A DNA stretch of 43,513 nucleotides from IMG/VR virus record IMGVR_UViG_3300025112_004324; one strand, 5' to 3'. Within the stretch, counting starts at the first letter, position 1, and every line of letters starts with the position of its first letter. Of the stretch, positions 25,481 to 35,675 are shown one piece after another. The position numbers and the translations under genes are program-made. The notes under the pieces are model-generated. The model saw only the letters and a program-made list of their open reading frames with translations, was not told the DNA's origin and ran no database searches. This DNA is from a virus.

Positions 25481-25693
25481 ATGAAAGAATCATTAAAGAA
25501 AAAGTTAATATCTATTTTCGATTGGGATAGAAATAAAAAAATAGATTGGTATGAAATACTCTTTCCAATACCAGATATAAATAGAAATAAAAAAGTTGAT
25601 TGGTGGGAAGCTTTGTCAGCTATAATAGTACTAATAGTATTTTATGGGTCAATACTATGTGGATTACTGGTGGTACAGAATATAATAAGATAA
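25481..25693 (+). CDS. Small membrane protein with two EF-hand-like loops
   Basis: DWDRNKKIDWYE and DINRNKKVDWWE, followed by a hydrophobic stretch of about 22 aa. Confidence 0.65.
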   Translation: MKESLKKKLISIFDWDRNKKIDWYEILFPIPDINRNKKVDWWEALSAIIVLIVFYGSILCGLLVVQNIIR

Positions 25694-25702
25694 GGATTAG
25701 AT

Positions 25703-26224
25703 ATGGAAATTAAAATTAGTTGTCCTGTTTGTAATATGCACACAGCGTTTCAAACTACAGAACAAAATATAGAAAGTTATTTATGTTTCACGTGTGGTTA
25801 TACTTCTAATTCTCTTTTTACAGAAGAGTCTGAAAAGTTAGCAGCACTATTAAAAACTACATCTGAATTGATTAAGGATTTAAAAGTATTTGATACTGTA
25901 CGAGAAATATATTGGTTTCCTTCTGTAATCAATATGGGCAAACTTGGAATAATTTATCCAGAAGGGACACTTGAAGATTGGAAGTGGAAGTATGCTAGAG
26001 TAGTTGATGTTGGTAAAGATGAAGAGATGAAATATCGTATTCCAGACAAACCAGGAGAATATTATGAAACCAAACTTGATGTTGATAATGCTGAAATATT
26101 TGGACGATTAGAGTTTCTTCAGGCGTGTAAAGCAATGGGAATAGCGAGAGAAGTTGGTGGTGAGGATAGTGCTTTAAATGACTTTCTAAGATCAAATACA
26201 CAAGTTAAAATGGAGAAGAACTAG
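25703..26224 (+). CDS. Hypothetical protein with N-terminal zinc ribbon
   Basis: CPVC...CFTCG. Confidence 0.7.
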   Translation: MEIKISCPVCNMHTAFQTTEQNIESYLCFTCGYTSNSLFTEESEKLAALLKTTSELIKDLKVFDTVREIYWFPSVINMGKLGIIYPEGTLEDWKWKYARVVDVGKDEEMKYRIPDKPGEYYETKLDVDNAEIFGRLEFLQACKAMGIAREVGGEDSALNDFLRSNTQVKMEKN

Positions 26225-26775
26225 TGGCAAAATTGGCTACAACTTGGAACAAAATTCAGGCGGGTGATGTTATTTCTTTTAGGTATCAACCAACTGATAA
26301 ATCCAAACCACTGAGAACTCATACCGTTCTAGTACTAAATCCAAAATTTCCAAAGGCTTTAAAAGATGGAACTAAAAAATTCTATATAAATACTCTTAAA
26401 TTAGAAGAATCTAATAGAAGTATTTTTACGAATAAAAACCAAGCTTGGCAGTTGTTAAAAGAATTGGGGTGGATCTCTATAAGGTCTTTAAAAAATGAAA
26501 TTTATTCAGTAGAAATTAATCCAACTTTTATTGGAACATATGGAGCAAAAGAAAAATTGTATAAAATGTTGCAACGAACTCCAGTTGGAAAAAAAGCAGA
26601 ATATAGAACTTATTTATGGGAAGTAGCAAAAAAGAACTCTTGTTTTTATGAACCAATAAAACTTCCAAAAGATAAAATAATGATGTTAGAAAATCAACGA
26701 CATGAAAAATTAACAGGAAATAAATTATGGAAAAATGTTGGTTCTGGAGATCCTGAAATAGGTTTAAATGAATGA
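26224..26775 (+). CDS. Hypothetical protein
   Basis: GTG start overlapping the upstream stop; basic 183 aa ORF; no confident family. Confidence 0.65.
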   Translation: MAKLATTWNKIQAGDVISFRYQPTDKSKPLRTHTVLVLNPKFPKALKDGTKKFYINTLKLEESNRSIFTNKNQAWQLLKELGWISIRSLKNEIYSVEINPTFIGTYGAKEKLYKMLQRTPVGKKAEYRTYLWEVAKKNSCFYEPIKLPKDKIMMLENQRHEKLTGNKLWKNVGSGDPEIGLNE

Positions 26776-27398
26776 AAATTTCATATACAATACTTACTCA
26801 CAATGAAACCGATAGTTTATCTAAACTATTAGAATTTGTCTTTGAACATAAAAAAGAAGATGATGAAATAGTTGTGGTAGATGATTATTCTAAAAAGCCA
26901 ACAAGAGAGATTCTTTATTTATATTCAGAAAGAGACGATTTTAGGTATTATCAAAGAAAGTTAAAGAAAGATTTTGCAGCCCAACACAATTATGCAAATT
27001 CATTATGTAGGGGGGATTATATTTTCAGTTTTGATGCTGATGAAGTACCTCACGAATTTTTGATTGACAATGTACACGAATTACTTGAAAATGAAGTTGA
27101 ATTGATTTGGGTGCCAAGAGTTAATACTGTGGAAGGTTTGACAGAAAAGCATATACAACAGTGGGGATGGAGAGTTAATGATAAAGGATGGATTAATTAT
27201 CCAGATTATCAAGCTAGAATTTACAAACACGTTTCTCATATTAAATGGATAAGACCAGTTCATGAATATGTTACAGGTCCTAAATCTTATGCACATTTAC
27301 CACCACAGGAAGAATTTAGTATATATCATCCAAAGGTTATAGACAAACAAGAATCCCAAAATGAACTTTACACTGAAATAGCAGAGAAAAATAGATAA
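26772..27398 (+). CDS. GT2-family (GT-A) glycosyltransferase
   Basis: ILTHNE; VVDDYS; FAAQHN; FSFDADE (DxD); PDYQARIY; VHE. Confidence 0.85.
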   Translation: MKISYTILTHNETDSLSKLLEFVFEHKKEDDEIVVVDDYSKKPTREILYLYSERDDFRYYQRKLKKDFAAQHNYANSLCRGDYIFSFDADEVPHEFLIDNVHELLENEVELIWVPRVNTVEGLTEKHIQQWGWRVNDKGWINYPDYQARIYKHVSHIKWIRPVHEYVTGPKSYAHLPPQEEFSIYHPKVIDKQESQNELYTEIAEKNR

Positions 27399-28366
27399 TG
27401 AAAAATGTATTGGTTACAGGAGGTACTGGATTTTTAGGGGCAAATTTAACGAAGAGGTTATTGAAATTAGACCAGAGCCCACTTCGAGATGTAGAGACCA
27501 TTATTATTCCTACTACTAGGATTAGAACCAATACTGCTCTACATTTATTGGGAGTGAAATCAAATAAAATCAATTTTGTTCAAGGTGATATTAGAGATTT
27601 TGAATTTCTTAAACTTCTTTTTAATGACTACGAATTCGATACAGTTTTTCATCTTGGAGCTCAGTCAGAAGTTAGAAAATGTCAGAGAGATGCTAAATTG
27701 GCATTTGATGTTAATATTAATGGAACTATAAATGTACTTGAAGCTTGTAGACTTTATAGTAATGTAGAAGCAATTGCGGTTAGTAGTTCAGTTACAGCGT
27801 ATGGTGTAGGAGAGTTACCATACCGTGAAGAAACCCCTTTAAATGGGAAAGCAATATATGAAGTATCTAAATCGTGTGTAGATTTAGTTGCAAGAGCATA
27901 TGCAAATAATTGTGGAGTTCCAATTGTAGTAACACGTTGCACAAATTTATATGGACCAGGTGATAACAATCTCAGTCGAGTAATACCAAATAATATACGG
28001 AAAATTTTGATAGGAAAATCTCCTATGGTTTGGAAAGGAAGTGAAGCAGTAATAAGGGAATTTTTATATGTTGAAGATGCGGCTGATGCTTACTTTTCGT
28101 TAATTGAAAATATAAATACAGTAAAAGGAAATGTTTATAATATTGGAAGTGGAGAAAGATTAACAATTGGAGAATTAGTTCAAAAGTTAATAGATAAAAT
28201 AAATCCGAGTCTTGAAATATCATATCCTGAAAAAGATTTTCCAGAAATAACTCATCAATATTCAGATTGTACTAAAATTAAAAATGATATTAATTGGAAT
28301 CCAAAAACTATGGTAGATGATGGACTGGACAAAACAATAAAGTTTTATAGGGAGCTTTACAAATGA
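27398..28366 (+). CDS. NAD-dependent NDP-sugar epimerase/dehydratase
   Basis: VTGGTGFLG; FHLGAQ; SSS; YEVSK (YxxxK); NLYGPGD. Confidence 0.9.
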   Translation: MKNVLVTGGTGFLGANLTKRLLKLDQSPLRDVETIIIPTTRIRTNTALHLLGVKSNKINFVQGDIRDFEFLKLLFNDYEFDTVFHLGAQSEVRKCQRDAKLAFDVNINGTINVLEACRLYSNVEAIAVSSSVTAYGVGELPYREETPLNGKAIYEVSKSCVDLVARAYANNCGVPIVVTRCTNLYGPGDNNLSRVIPNNIRKILIGKSPMVWKGSEAVIREFLYVEDAADAYFSLIENINTVKGNVYNIGSGERLTIGELVQKLIDKINPSLEISYPEKDFPEITHQYSDCTKIKNDINWNPKTMVDDGLDKTIKFYRELYK

Positions 28367-28542
28367 CGAAGTATAAAAATAAAGATGGTATTGAATTAAG
28401 TTATGATGGACATGAAAATGATTATCACGCTAATTTAGTTAAAGAAGTAGTTCGAGAAGGATTAAAACTTTTAGAGGAAAACTTTCTGAGCGGAGATGTT
28501 AAAAAATGTAAGGAGTTTTTTGAAGTAAATTTTTCATTATGA
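28363..28542 (+). CDS. Small hypothetical protein (59 aa, absent from the ORF track)
   Basis: ATGA overlaps at both ends; MTKYKNKDGIELSYDGHENDYH...EVNFSL*. Confidence 0.6.
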   Translation: MTKYKNKDGIELSYDGHENDYHANLVKEVVREGLKLLEENFLSGDVKKCKEFFEVNFSL

Positions 28543-29561
28543 TTAAGATTAAACTGGCTGAATTAGATAAACATAGAAATGAAACAACTTTCAGACCGTA
28601 TATTTTAATTCAGGATCAATTAAGGGACATAGGAATTGAATTAACTCACTCTGATGATTGTGATTTTATCTTTGTTGGACAAGCAAGTATAATTGACAAG
28701 AAAGTTTCATTAGAGAAATCTATTGAAATGGGGTTAGAATTTCTTAGTACGCTTGGCAATGACTATTTTATTGTAGATGGACAAGATGCGACTTCTCTTA
28801 TTGGAACAGTTGATGTATTTAGAGAGTCTAAGGCTCTCTTTTTTTTAAAGAACTGTTATTTAAAGGACTTCTCTTTATACAAGAACAAATATGCAAATGG
28901 TAGAATATATTGGGGAGAGGGAAATTATTCAGTAGATGATATTGACAGTTTAAAGGATAAGATGAAATTGTCTGGAGTCAATTGGTTGAATACGGTCAAT
29001 CCAAATTGGCAGGATTATACTCCAAATAAACCTTATGATGTATCTTGTATGTTTGGATATCCAACTGAAGAACCTGTTTATGAACACGAACTTTGTCAGA
29101 CTGATTATTATGATCCTCATAGAAAAGCTCTTTTAGATAAATTAGAAAATACCAATTATAAAGTGGCAAAACTTGTAGATGGTAAAAGAATTTCACAACA
29201 AGAATATATGCAAAATATGTACAATTCAAAAATTATTATGGCACCATTAGGATATGGAGAAGCAGCAGTGAGAGATATTGAAGCAGCAATGTTAGGTTCA
29301 GTTTTAATGAAACCAGATATGAGTTACATTAATACAACTCCAGACATATATGTAGATGACGAGACATATATAGCTGTAAAATATGATTGGTCTAATCTTA
29401 TAGAAAAAATAGATTATGTTTTAGATAATTATGACTCATTACAAGGTCATTTAGTTGAAGGTATGAGATGGAAATTTGTTGAGGAAGCAAAACCAGAAAA
29501 AACAGCACAACACTTATATAATATTTTGTCAGAGACAGAAGGAGTTGAAGTTGAATCCTAA
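28539..29561 (+). CDS. GT-B-like glycosyltransferase
   Basis: C-terminal YMQNMYNSKIIMAPLGYGEAAVRDIEAAMLGSVLMKP donor-binding-type pattern. Confidence 0.7.
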   Translation: MIKIKLAELDKHRNETTFRPYILIQDQLRDIGIELTHSDDCDFIFVGQASIIDKKVSLEKSIEMGLEFLSTLGNDYFIVDGQDATSLIGTVDVFRESKALFFLKNCYLKDFSLYKNKYANGRIYWGEGNYSVDDIDSLKDKMKLSGVNWLNTVNPNWQDYTPNKPYDVSCMFGYPTEEPVYEHELCQTDYYDPHRKALLDKLENTNYKVAKLVDGKRISQQEYMQNMYNSKIIMAPLGYGEAAVRDIEAAMLGSVLMKPDMSYINTTPDIYVDDETYIAVKYDWSNLIEKIDYVLDNYDSLQGHLVEGMRWKFVEEAKPEKTAQHLYNILSETEGVEVES

Positions 29562-30549
29562 CATTATAGTTTTTGGACCTTGGGTAGGAGAATTCACATT
29601 TGAAATAAGTTGGTGGGCTCCTGAAATCCGTCTATTAAGAAATACTAAGTATCAGGCTTACAAAGCAATTCATGTTGGTTATATTGGTAGGAGTGGAATA
29701 TATAAAGATTTTGTTGATGAGTATATTCCGTTTACACAAGAATTACACGACAGTATAGATTCTCCAGATTGTTATTTAGTAAGAAATGAAGATGATGAGA
29801 GAAGCGGAATTCAGATGCCACGAAATATTTGGTCGTTTTATGAAGACATAGTAAATAGTTATAAACAGAAATTATATATGGTTAAAACTTATACTCCAAT
29901 GGACAATCCGATTGATTTTAACAGAGGTCGAGCACAGAACCCGATTGGGGAATATAAACACCTTTCTCCAACTGAAGAAGTTGATATGAGAGTAAAAACA
30001 GAACTTCAGCAGAGATTTGATAATGATAGAGATACAATAGCTATAAATGCAAGGTCAAGGTATAGAAGAGATGAAGATGAAAGTGGAAATTTTTCATCTG
30101 ACGGAGAAGATTGGAATCCCGATCATTGGGAAGTTTTTATAGATAGAATTATTAATGAAATGAAATTAAATGTTGCCTTGTTTGGAATACCAAGACGGGG
30201 ACTTTACCCAGGCTCATTGGATATGAAACAAAATCCATATTTGAAATCATTTGTATCTGAAGGTGAAGATTCTGTTGATTATCAGTTGGCATTGTTAAAG
30301 AATACTAAGTGTAGTATATATGGAGCGACAGGCGCAGTTACATTGACATTTTTTGCTAATACTCCAGTGTTTACTCAGCAGTCAGAGGACAATGGAAATA
30401 GGTTGAACTTTGAGTGGCAGAGAAAGTTGACGGACAATCATAAAAATGTTAGAATATTTAACAAGTATCCAATGGGACAATTATATGATTCTCCTGTGGA
30501 TGAACTATTTCAAGAATTTAAGAAGTTTTATAACCGGGTGGGAAGATGA
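29551..30549 (+). CDS. Putative glycosyltransferase (GT9-like C-terminal pattern)
   Basis: TTG start after GGAG; N-terminal GPWVGEF; C-terminal NW/HW..F, LALL and G..G pattern loosely like heptosyltransferases. Confidence 0.45.
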   Translation: MNPNIIVFGPWVGEFTFEISWWAPEIRLLRNTKYQAYKAIHVGYIGRSGIYKDFVDEYIPFTQELHDSIDSPDCYLVRNEDDERSGIQMPRNIWSFYEDIVNSYKQKLYMVKTYTPMDNPIDFNRGRAQNPIGEYKHLSPTEEVDMRVKTELQQRFDNDRDTIAINARSRYRRDEDESGNFSSDGEDWNPDHWEVFIDRIINEMKLNVALFGIPRRGLYPGSLDMKQNPYLKSFVSEGEDSVDYQLALLKNTKCSIYGATGAVTLTFFANTPVFTQQSEDNGNRLNFEWQRKLTDNHKNVRIFNKYPMGQLYDSPVDELFQEFKKFYNRVGR

Positions 30550-31475
30550 AGAAAAGTCATTATGACCCTAATGATAATTATTTGGAAATGAGAGATAAAG
30601 ACTACCTTGAAGAGCGTACAAAAATAGGAATTATAGGTAGGGGATTTGTTGGTTCTGCGGTAGAGTTCGGATTTTCAGCCCAAACAGGGTGTGATGCCGA
30701 AGTTAGAATATATGATGTAGATCCAACCAAGAGTTTGAATTCATTATCGGAAACGGTGAATGAATCTAAATTTATATTCCTTTCAGTTCCAACTCCAGCT
30801 AAAGAGGATGGTTCTGTTTGTTTGGATATTGTATATGAGGCAGTTGAAAGTATAGATAAATGTAATGAAAGTAGAGATAATGTTATATTATTAAGGTCAA
30901 CAGTAGTGCCAGGAACAACGAGAAAATTACAGAACAAATTTCCTAAATTGAATATTGTATTTAATCCTGAGTTTTTAACTGAAAGGTCTGCTAAATATGA
31001 TTTCATAAACCAGTCAAGATTTATTATTGGGGGATCTGGTAAAGCAGCAAATCACTCAGCGAAAGAAGTATCAAAACTGTTTCAGTGGAGATTTGGAGAA
31101 TCAGTTCCTATAATTTTAACTAACTATGAAACAGCAGAATTGATAAAATATATGAACAACTGTTTCTTTGCAACTAAAGTATCTTTTCTAAATGAAATGA
31201 AATTAATAGCAGACAAGTGTGGAGTAGATTGGGAGATGGCACTTGACGGATTTGTCAGAGATGGTAGAGTTGGACATTCTCATATGAATATACCAGGACC
31301 AGATGGCAAGTTAGGATTTGGAGGTAGTTGTTTTCCAAAAGACATTCAGGCAATTATCAATTTTGGAGAATCATTGGGATTAGATATGGATACATTAAAT
31401 GGAGTATGGGAGACTAATTTAAAAGTAAGACCCGAGAAAGATTGGGAGAAACTAAAAGGGAGAGCAATATCATGA
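30546..31475 (+). CDS. UDP-glucose/GDP-mannose dehydrogenase family protein, short form
   Basis: GIIGRGFVG; SVPTP; RSTVVPGT; NPEFL; AELIKY; GFGGSCFPKD. It ends before the usual C-terminal UDP-binding domain. Confidence 0.85.
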   Translation: MKKSHYDPNDNYLEMRDKDYLEERTKIGIIGRGFVGSAVEFGFSAQTGCDAEVRIYDVDPTKSLNSLSETVNESKFIFLSVPTPAKEDGSVCLDIVYEAVESIDKCNESRDNVILLRSTVVPGTTRKLQNKFPKLNIVFNPEFLTERSAKYDFINQSRFIIGGSGKAANHSAKEVSKLFQWRFGESVPIILTNYETAELIKYMNNCFFATKVSFLNEMKLIADKCGVDWEMALDGFVRDGRVGHSHMNIPGPDGKLGFGGSCFPKDIQAIINFGESLGLDMDTLNGVWETNLKVRPEKDWEKLKGRAIS

Positions 31476-31702
31476 GAAGTAAAAATGAATTTGAAGATGA
31501 ATCAGGAGCATGCACAGTAGCTACTGTTTTTTCAACAATACAAGAGTGGAGAATTCAGGCATCAAGTGCACACAATGATGGTTGGACACAGAATTTCTAT
31601 AGAGAGAAATTAAATATGGTTTACGATCTAGTAAGGGATGTACCAAAAAAATTCAAATTTTACGGAAGTAATGATACGTCAGTTAACGTTGAAATGAATT
31701 GA
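31472..31702 (+). CDS. Hypothetical protein
   Basis: ATGA overlap with the upstream stop; about 76 aa. Confidence 0.55.
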   Translation: MRSKNEFEDESGACTVATVFSTIQEWRIQASSAHNDGWTQNFYREKLNMVYDLVRDVPKKFKFYGSNDTSVNVEMN

Positions 31703-31709
31703 AGTTAAA

Positions 31710-32879
31710 ATGAAAAACGAAATACCATTATTTAAAGTTTTTATGTCAGATACGGCAGGTGATGTAGCCAAAGAAGTTTTATATTCTGGCTATATAGGTC
31801 AAGGTCCTAAGTCAGTAGAATTTGAAGATGAGTTGAAAGGGTTTCTTTCCAATGATCTAGTATTATTGGTCAATACGGCTACATCAGCTGAACATCTAGC
31901 AATTCATTTATTGAAGAAACCATTTGAAACATATTATAATAATGAACATCATAAGTGGCCAGGTATACAAGATGGAGATGAAGTGTTATCTCCGCCATTA
32001 AGTTGTACAGCAACCAATTTTCCAACACTAGCAAATAACTTGAAAATAAAATGGGTTGATATTGACCCGACAACTCTAAATATGGATTTGGATGACCTTG
32101 CACGTAAAGTAACTCCAAAGACAAAAGTGATTATGGTAGTTCATTGGGCAGGATACCCAGTCGATTTAGATAAACTTAGAAAAATTCAAGAACACGCTAA
32201 AAAGATGTATGGATTTAAACCGGCGGTTATTGAAGATTGTGCTCATGCATTTGGAGCCACTTATAAGAGAAAAAAGTTAGGAAATCACGGAAATATATGC
32301 ACTTATAGTTTTGGTGCAATTAAACATTTAACTTCTATTGAAGGTGGTCTTTTGGTTCTTCCACATCTTGAGTTATATAGACGAGCCAAACTTCTGAGGT
32401 GGTATGGAATAGACAGAGAAAGTAACAGGCAGGATTTTAGATGTGAGACTGATATTCCAGAGTGGGGATTTAAGTTTAATATAAGTGATGTTAATTCTGC
32501 TGTTGGAATTGAAAACTTGAAACATATGAAACAGATACTTGCTACATACAGAGATAACGCAAAGTATTACGATAAAGAACTAAAGGGAGTTGATGGAGTT
32601 ACTTTATTGAATTATAAAAAAGACAGACAGGCCTCATATTGGATATACAGTATGTTAGTTGAAAGAAAAGATGATTTTATGAGGTGTATGAAAGATTGGG
32701 GAATAGTGACCAGTCAGGTACACGAAAGAAATGATATTCATAGTTGTGTAAGTGAATTTAGAAGTCAATTGCCAGTTTTGGATAAAGTCATTCCAAAGAC
32801 AGTTTCCATTCCCGTTGGGTGGTGGGTTACAGAAGAAGATAGGGAATATATAGTGAATTGTATAAAAAAGGGTTGGTAA
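31710..32879 (+). CDS. DegT/DnrJ/EryC1/StrS PLP-dependent sugar aminotransferase
   Basis: VHWAG; IEDCAHA; SFGAIKHLTSIEGG (PLP lysine); RWYG. Confidence 0.92.
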   Translation: MKNEIPLFKVFMSDTAGDVAKEVLYSGYIGQGPKSVEFEDELKGFLSNDLVLLVNTATSAEHLAIHLLKKPFETYYNNEHHKWPGIQDGDEVLSPPLSCTATNFPTLANNLKIKWVDIDPTTLNMDLDDLARKVTPKTKVIMVVHWAGYPVDLDKLRKIQEHAKKMYGFKPAVIEDCAHAFGATYKRKKLGNHGNICTYSFGAIKHLTSIEGGLLVLPHLELYRRAKLLRWYGIDRESNRQDFRCETDIPEWGFKFNISDVNSAVGIENLKHMKQILATYRDNAKYYDKELKGVDGVTLLNYKKDRQASYWIYSMLVERKDDFMRCMKDWGIVTSQVHERNDIHSCVSEFRSQLPVLDKVIPKTVSIPVGWWVTEEDREYIVNCIKKGW

Positions 32880-33440
32880 ATGTATAAAGAACCAAATGTA
32901 TATTCTTCATATAAAAAAAATAATATAGGCAAAACTATTTATGATATTGTTTTAGAATACAAACCGATTAAGATAGTAGAGATTGGAGTATTAGACGGAT
33001 ATTCTATTATCTGTATGGCACAGGCAATAAGGGATTTAAATAATGGCGGTCTTGTTTATGCATATGATTTATTTGGAAATTATGATTATAATAGTTCTAC
33101 TATGAAACAGGTGGTGAATAATGCTTCTGATCACGGAGTAGTTCAATATATAACTGTGAAAATGATGGGGCTAGAAGATTGGTTAAAAACCCCAGAGGAA
33201 TTTGATTTAATGCATTTAGATGTTTCTAATACAGGAGATATTATTGAATTGGTATATAAAACTGTGGCTGAATGGAAGAATACAGGACCAATATTATTTG
33301 AAGGTGGGACGGAAGAAAGAGATAAGGTAGATTGGATGATAAAATATGATAAAACTCCAATTTTTCCATTAAAGGATGAAATTGGATATGAGATTTTAGA
33401 TGATAGGTTTCCAGGACTATCAATTATAAGGGAGAGTTGA
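32880..33440 (+). CDS. Class I SAM-dependent methyltransferase
   Basis: IVEIGVLDGYS; YAYD; MHLD. Confidence 0.75.
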   Translation: MYKEPNVYSSYKKNNIGKTIYDIVLEYKPIKIVEIGVLDGYSIICMAQAIRDLNNGGLVYAYDLFGNYDYNSSTMKQVVNNASDHGVVQYITVKMMGLEDWLKTPEEFDLMHLDVSNTGDIIELVYKTVAEWKNTGPILFEGGTEERDKVDWMIKYDKTPIFPLKDEIGYEILDDRFPGLSIIRES

Positions 33441-34285
33441 TGTATTTAGACCAATATAAAATAGAAGGAACTGTTAATTTAGACCATCATGCTTGTTTTG
33501 AAATTCCAAATACAGATCCAGATTTTCAACGAAATTTAGAAAATATGAAGTATGTATTGGAAAAGGAAGTAGATGAAAAGTCTTGTAAAAGTTTTTATAA
33601 GTTCGGAGATGGAGATTATCATTTTTTCAGAAATACACAACTTGGGAGTTCTGAGCCAGGAAGAAGAGATGTAGAAAACTATAATAATGTTGATTTTAAT
33701 GAGTTTTATAATGGAGTTCTCAAGAATGATTATTTTTCGGTTGATATATATCCAGAAAATAAACAGATGTTTAAAGAGTTGTGGCCACATTCTCCGATAC
33801 ATTTTCATTCGGAGTTCATATATGGATTGGTTGCGAACAGATGGATATTTAGTAATTTTAATGGTAAAGTGGGGTTGATTGGAGCCGATACCAAACTTAA
33901 TATTATTAAAAATTTAATGAACTTTAATGTATATAGGGATTATATTGGAGTTGAAAGGTTTAATGATTATATTGGAATACCACAAAAGTTTGCATGTAAT
34001 AAAGTTGATGAAATAGAGGAAGATATTTCAAACCAACTGATAGAATCTACAAGTGATATTTTCTTGGTGGGAATTGGATTGGTACATTCTGCTTTACTAT
34101 ATAGATTTAAGAAATATACGGATGCTGTGTTCTTTGAAATTGGAAGTGGAATTTGTGCACTTGCTGGAGTTCAAGATTATTTAAGACCATATTTCGGAGA
34201 CTGGATCAATTTTCGGTTAAAGGATTATGATTATTCGGAAGTTGAAGTTTGGAGAGATAGATATGATAAGGTTGTTGTATTATGA
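33437..34285 (+). CDS. GT-D fold (DUF1792-like) glycosyltransferase
   Basis: SFYKFGDGD (compare the GT-D RFGDGE motif); DIFLVGIG; FFEIGS. Confidence 0.55.
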   Translation: MMYLDQYKIEGTVNLDHHACFEIPNTDPDFQRNLENMKYVLEKEVDEKSCKSFYKFGDGDYHFFRNTQLGSSEPGRRDVENYNNVDFNEFYNGVLKNDYFSVDIYPENKQMFKELWPHSPIHFHSEFIYGLVANRWIFSNFNGKVGLIGADTKLNIIKNLMNFNVYRDYIGVERFNDYIGIPQKFACNKVDEIEEDISNQLIESTSDIFLVGIGLVHSALLYRFKKYTDAVFFEIGSGICALAGVQDYLRPYFGDWINFRLKDYDYSEVEVWRDRYDKVVVL

Positions 34286-35034
34286 ATGATTTAAATATCT
34301 ATGTTTCAACATCAGATGGCCATTTACATGCTATAAAACCATTTCAGTTTTTATTCAATAAATTTTGGGGTGAAGATCAGAATGTTACTATTTTGGGATA
34401 CAGACCACCAGATATTGAACTGAATAATAATTTTAAATTTGTTTCCTTAAGAGAAGAGCAAGGTCCAGTAGAAGAATGGGCTATAGATTTAAGACAGTTT
34501 TTTGAATCAATAGACGATGAATATTTTATTTATTGTATGGAAGACCATTTTATAATGGACCCTGTAGATTTTGATGTATTATCGGTTTTATTTTCTTATA
34601 TAGGACACGAAACATTTTCAATATTAACTGGAAAAACATCTAAAATAGGAAGAATTGGTTTAACAAATGATATTCAGTATATTCATGGAAAACAATATGA
34701 GCCATTTGAAACTAAGAATGAAATTAAAGTCATCAATAAAACTCCTACGGCAGAATATAGAATATCTACTCAGTTTTCCGTGTGGAGTAAAGAATATATG
34801 CTCAGGTATTTGTTACCAGGAATAACACCCTGGGAATTTGAATTAGAAGGTTCGGAGGCCGCTTTGAATGATGGATATTTGATTTTGTCAACAGAAGATA
34901 GACATGCTATAAAACATGCACAGGCAATAAGAAAGGGAGATACAAGTAAGTTTGATTTTACTTTTGTTAATGATTATGATAAATCTTTAGACCCAACCAC
35001 ATTAAAAGAAATGCAAATTAAAGGAATTATATAG
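34282..35034 (+). CDS. Putative GT-A-like glycosyltransferase
   Basis: YFIYCMEDHF (DxD-like); STQFSVW; TPWEFE; glycan-cluster context. Confidence 0.5.
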   Translation: MNDLNIYVSTSDGHLHAIKPFQFLFNKFWGEDQNVTILGYRPPDIELNNNFKFVSLREEQGPVEEWAIDLRQFFESIDDEYFIYCMEDHFIMDPVDFDVLSVLFSYIGHETFSILTGKTSKIGRIGLTNDIQYIHGKQYEPFETKNEIKVINKTPTAEYRISTQFSVWSKEYMLRYLLPGITPWEFELEGSEAALNDGYLILSTEDRHAIKHAQAIRKGDTSKFDFTFVNDYDKSLDPTTLKEMQIKGII

Positions 35035-35675
35035 TGGAGTTTACTCTTGGAATAATAACAGGTGGAAATAGTTTTGATTTACTTAATGAAGTTTTTAAAT
35101 CTATTCAAGATCAATATATAGACAAAAGTAAATTTGAAGTTGTTATTGTTGGTGGAGAAGAAGTTGAAGGAGAAAATGTAACTCACGTTCCATTTGATGA
35201 GAGTTCAGGTAAATATACCGCAAAAAAGAATTTAATAACTAAGTTTGCCAAGTTTGAAAATGTTGTATATTTGCATGATTATATGGCATTGTGTGATGGT
35301 TGGTATGAAGGATATGTAAAGTTTGGAAATGATTGGGATATTTGTATGAATGTAGTAGAAAATTCAGATGGAAGTAGATTCAGAGATTGGTGTGCATGGG
35401 ACGATCCTGAATTGTGTTATCCTGATGGAGTTCATAATATTGCATTACCATCGTATGATTACAATAAAACTCATTATATGTATATCTCAGGAAATTATTG
35501 GGTTTCGAAGAAAAGAGTTATGGAAGAAGAACCATTAAATGAAGATTTAGATTGGGGTGAGGCTGAAGATGTAGAGTGGTCAAATCGAATCCGAGATAAA
35601 TATCAATATGTAATGAATACACATTCTAAAGTTAAGTGTCTTAAAGACAAGAAACTATCAGCGAGATATGTTTAA
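35034..35675 (+). CDS. GT2-like (GT-A) glycosyltransferase
   Basis: GIITG; KKNLIT; VYLHDY; EDVEWS. Confidence 0.65.
   Translation: MEFTLGIITGGNSFDLLNEVFKSIQDQYIDKSKFEVVIVGGEEVEGENVTHVPFDESSGKYTAKKNLITKFAKFENVVYLHDYMALCDGWYEGYVKFGNDWDICMNVVENSDGSRFRDWCAWDDPELCYPDGVHNIALPSYDYNKTHYMYISGNYWVSKKRVMEEEPLNEDLDWGEAEDVEWSNRIRDKYQYVMNTHSKVKCLKDKKLSARYV

Noticed and set aside
26224-26775. Possible WYL-like or T4 gp2-like SH3 fold (VISFRY...RTHTVLVLNP)
   Set aside because: The resemblance is too weak to call without HHpred or a structure prediction.
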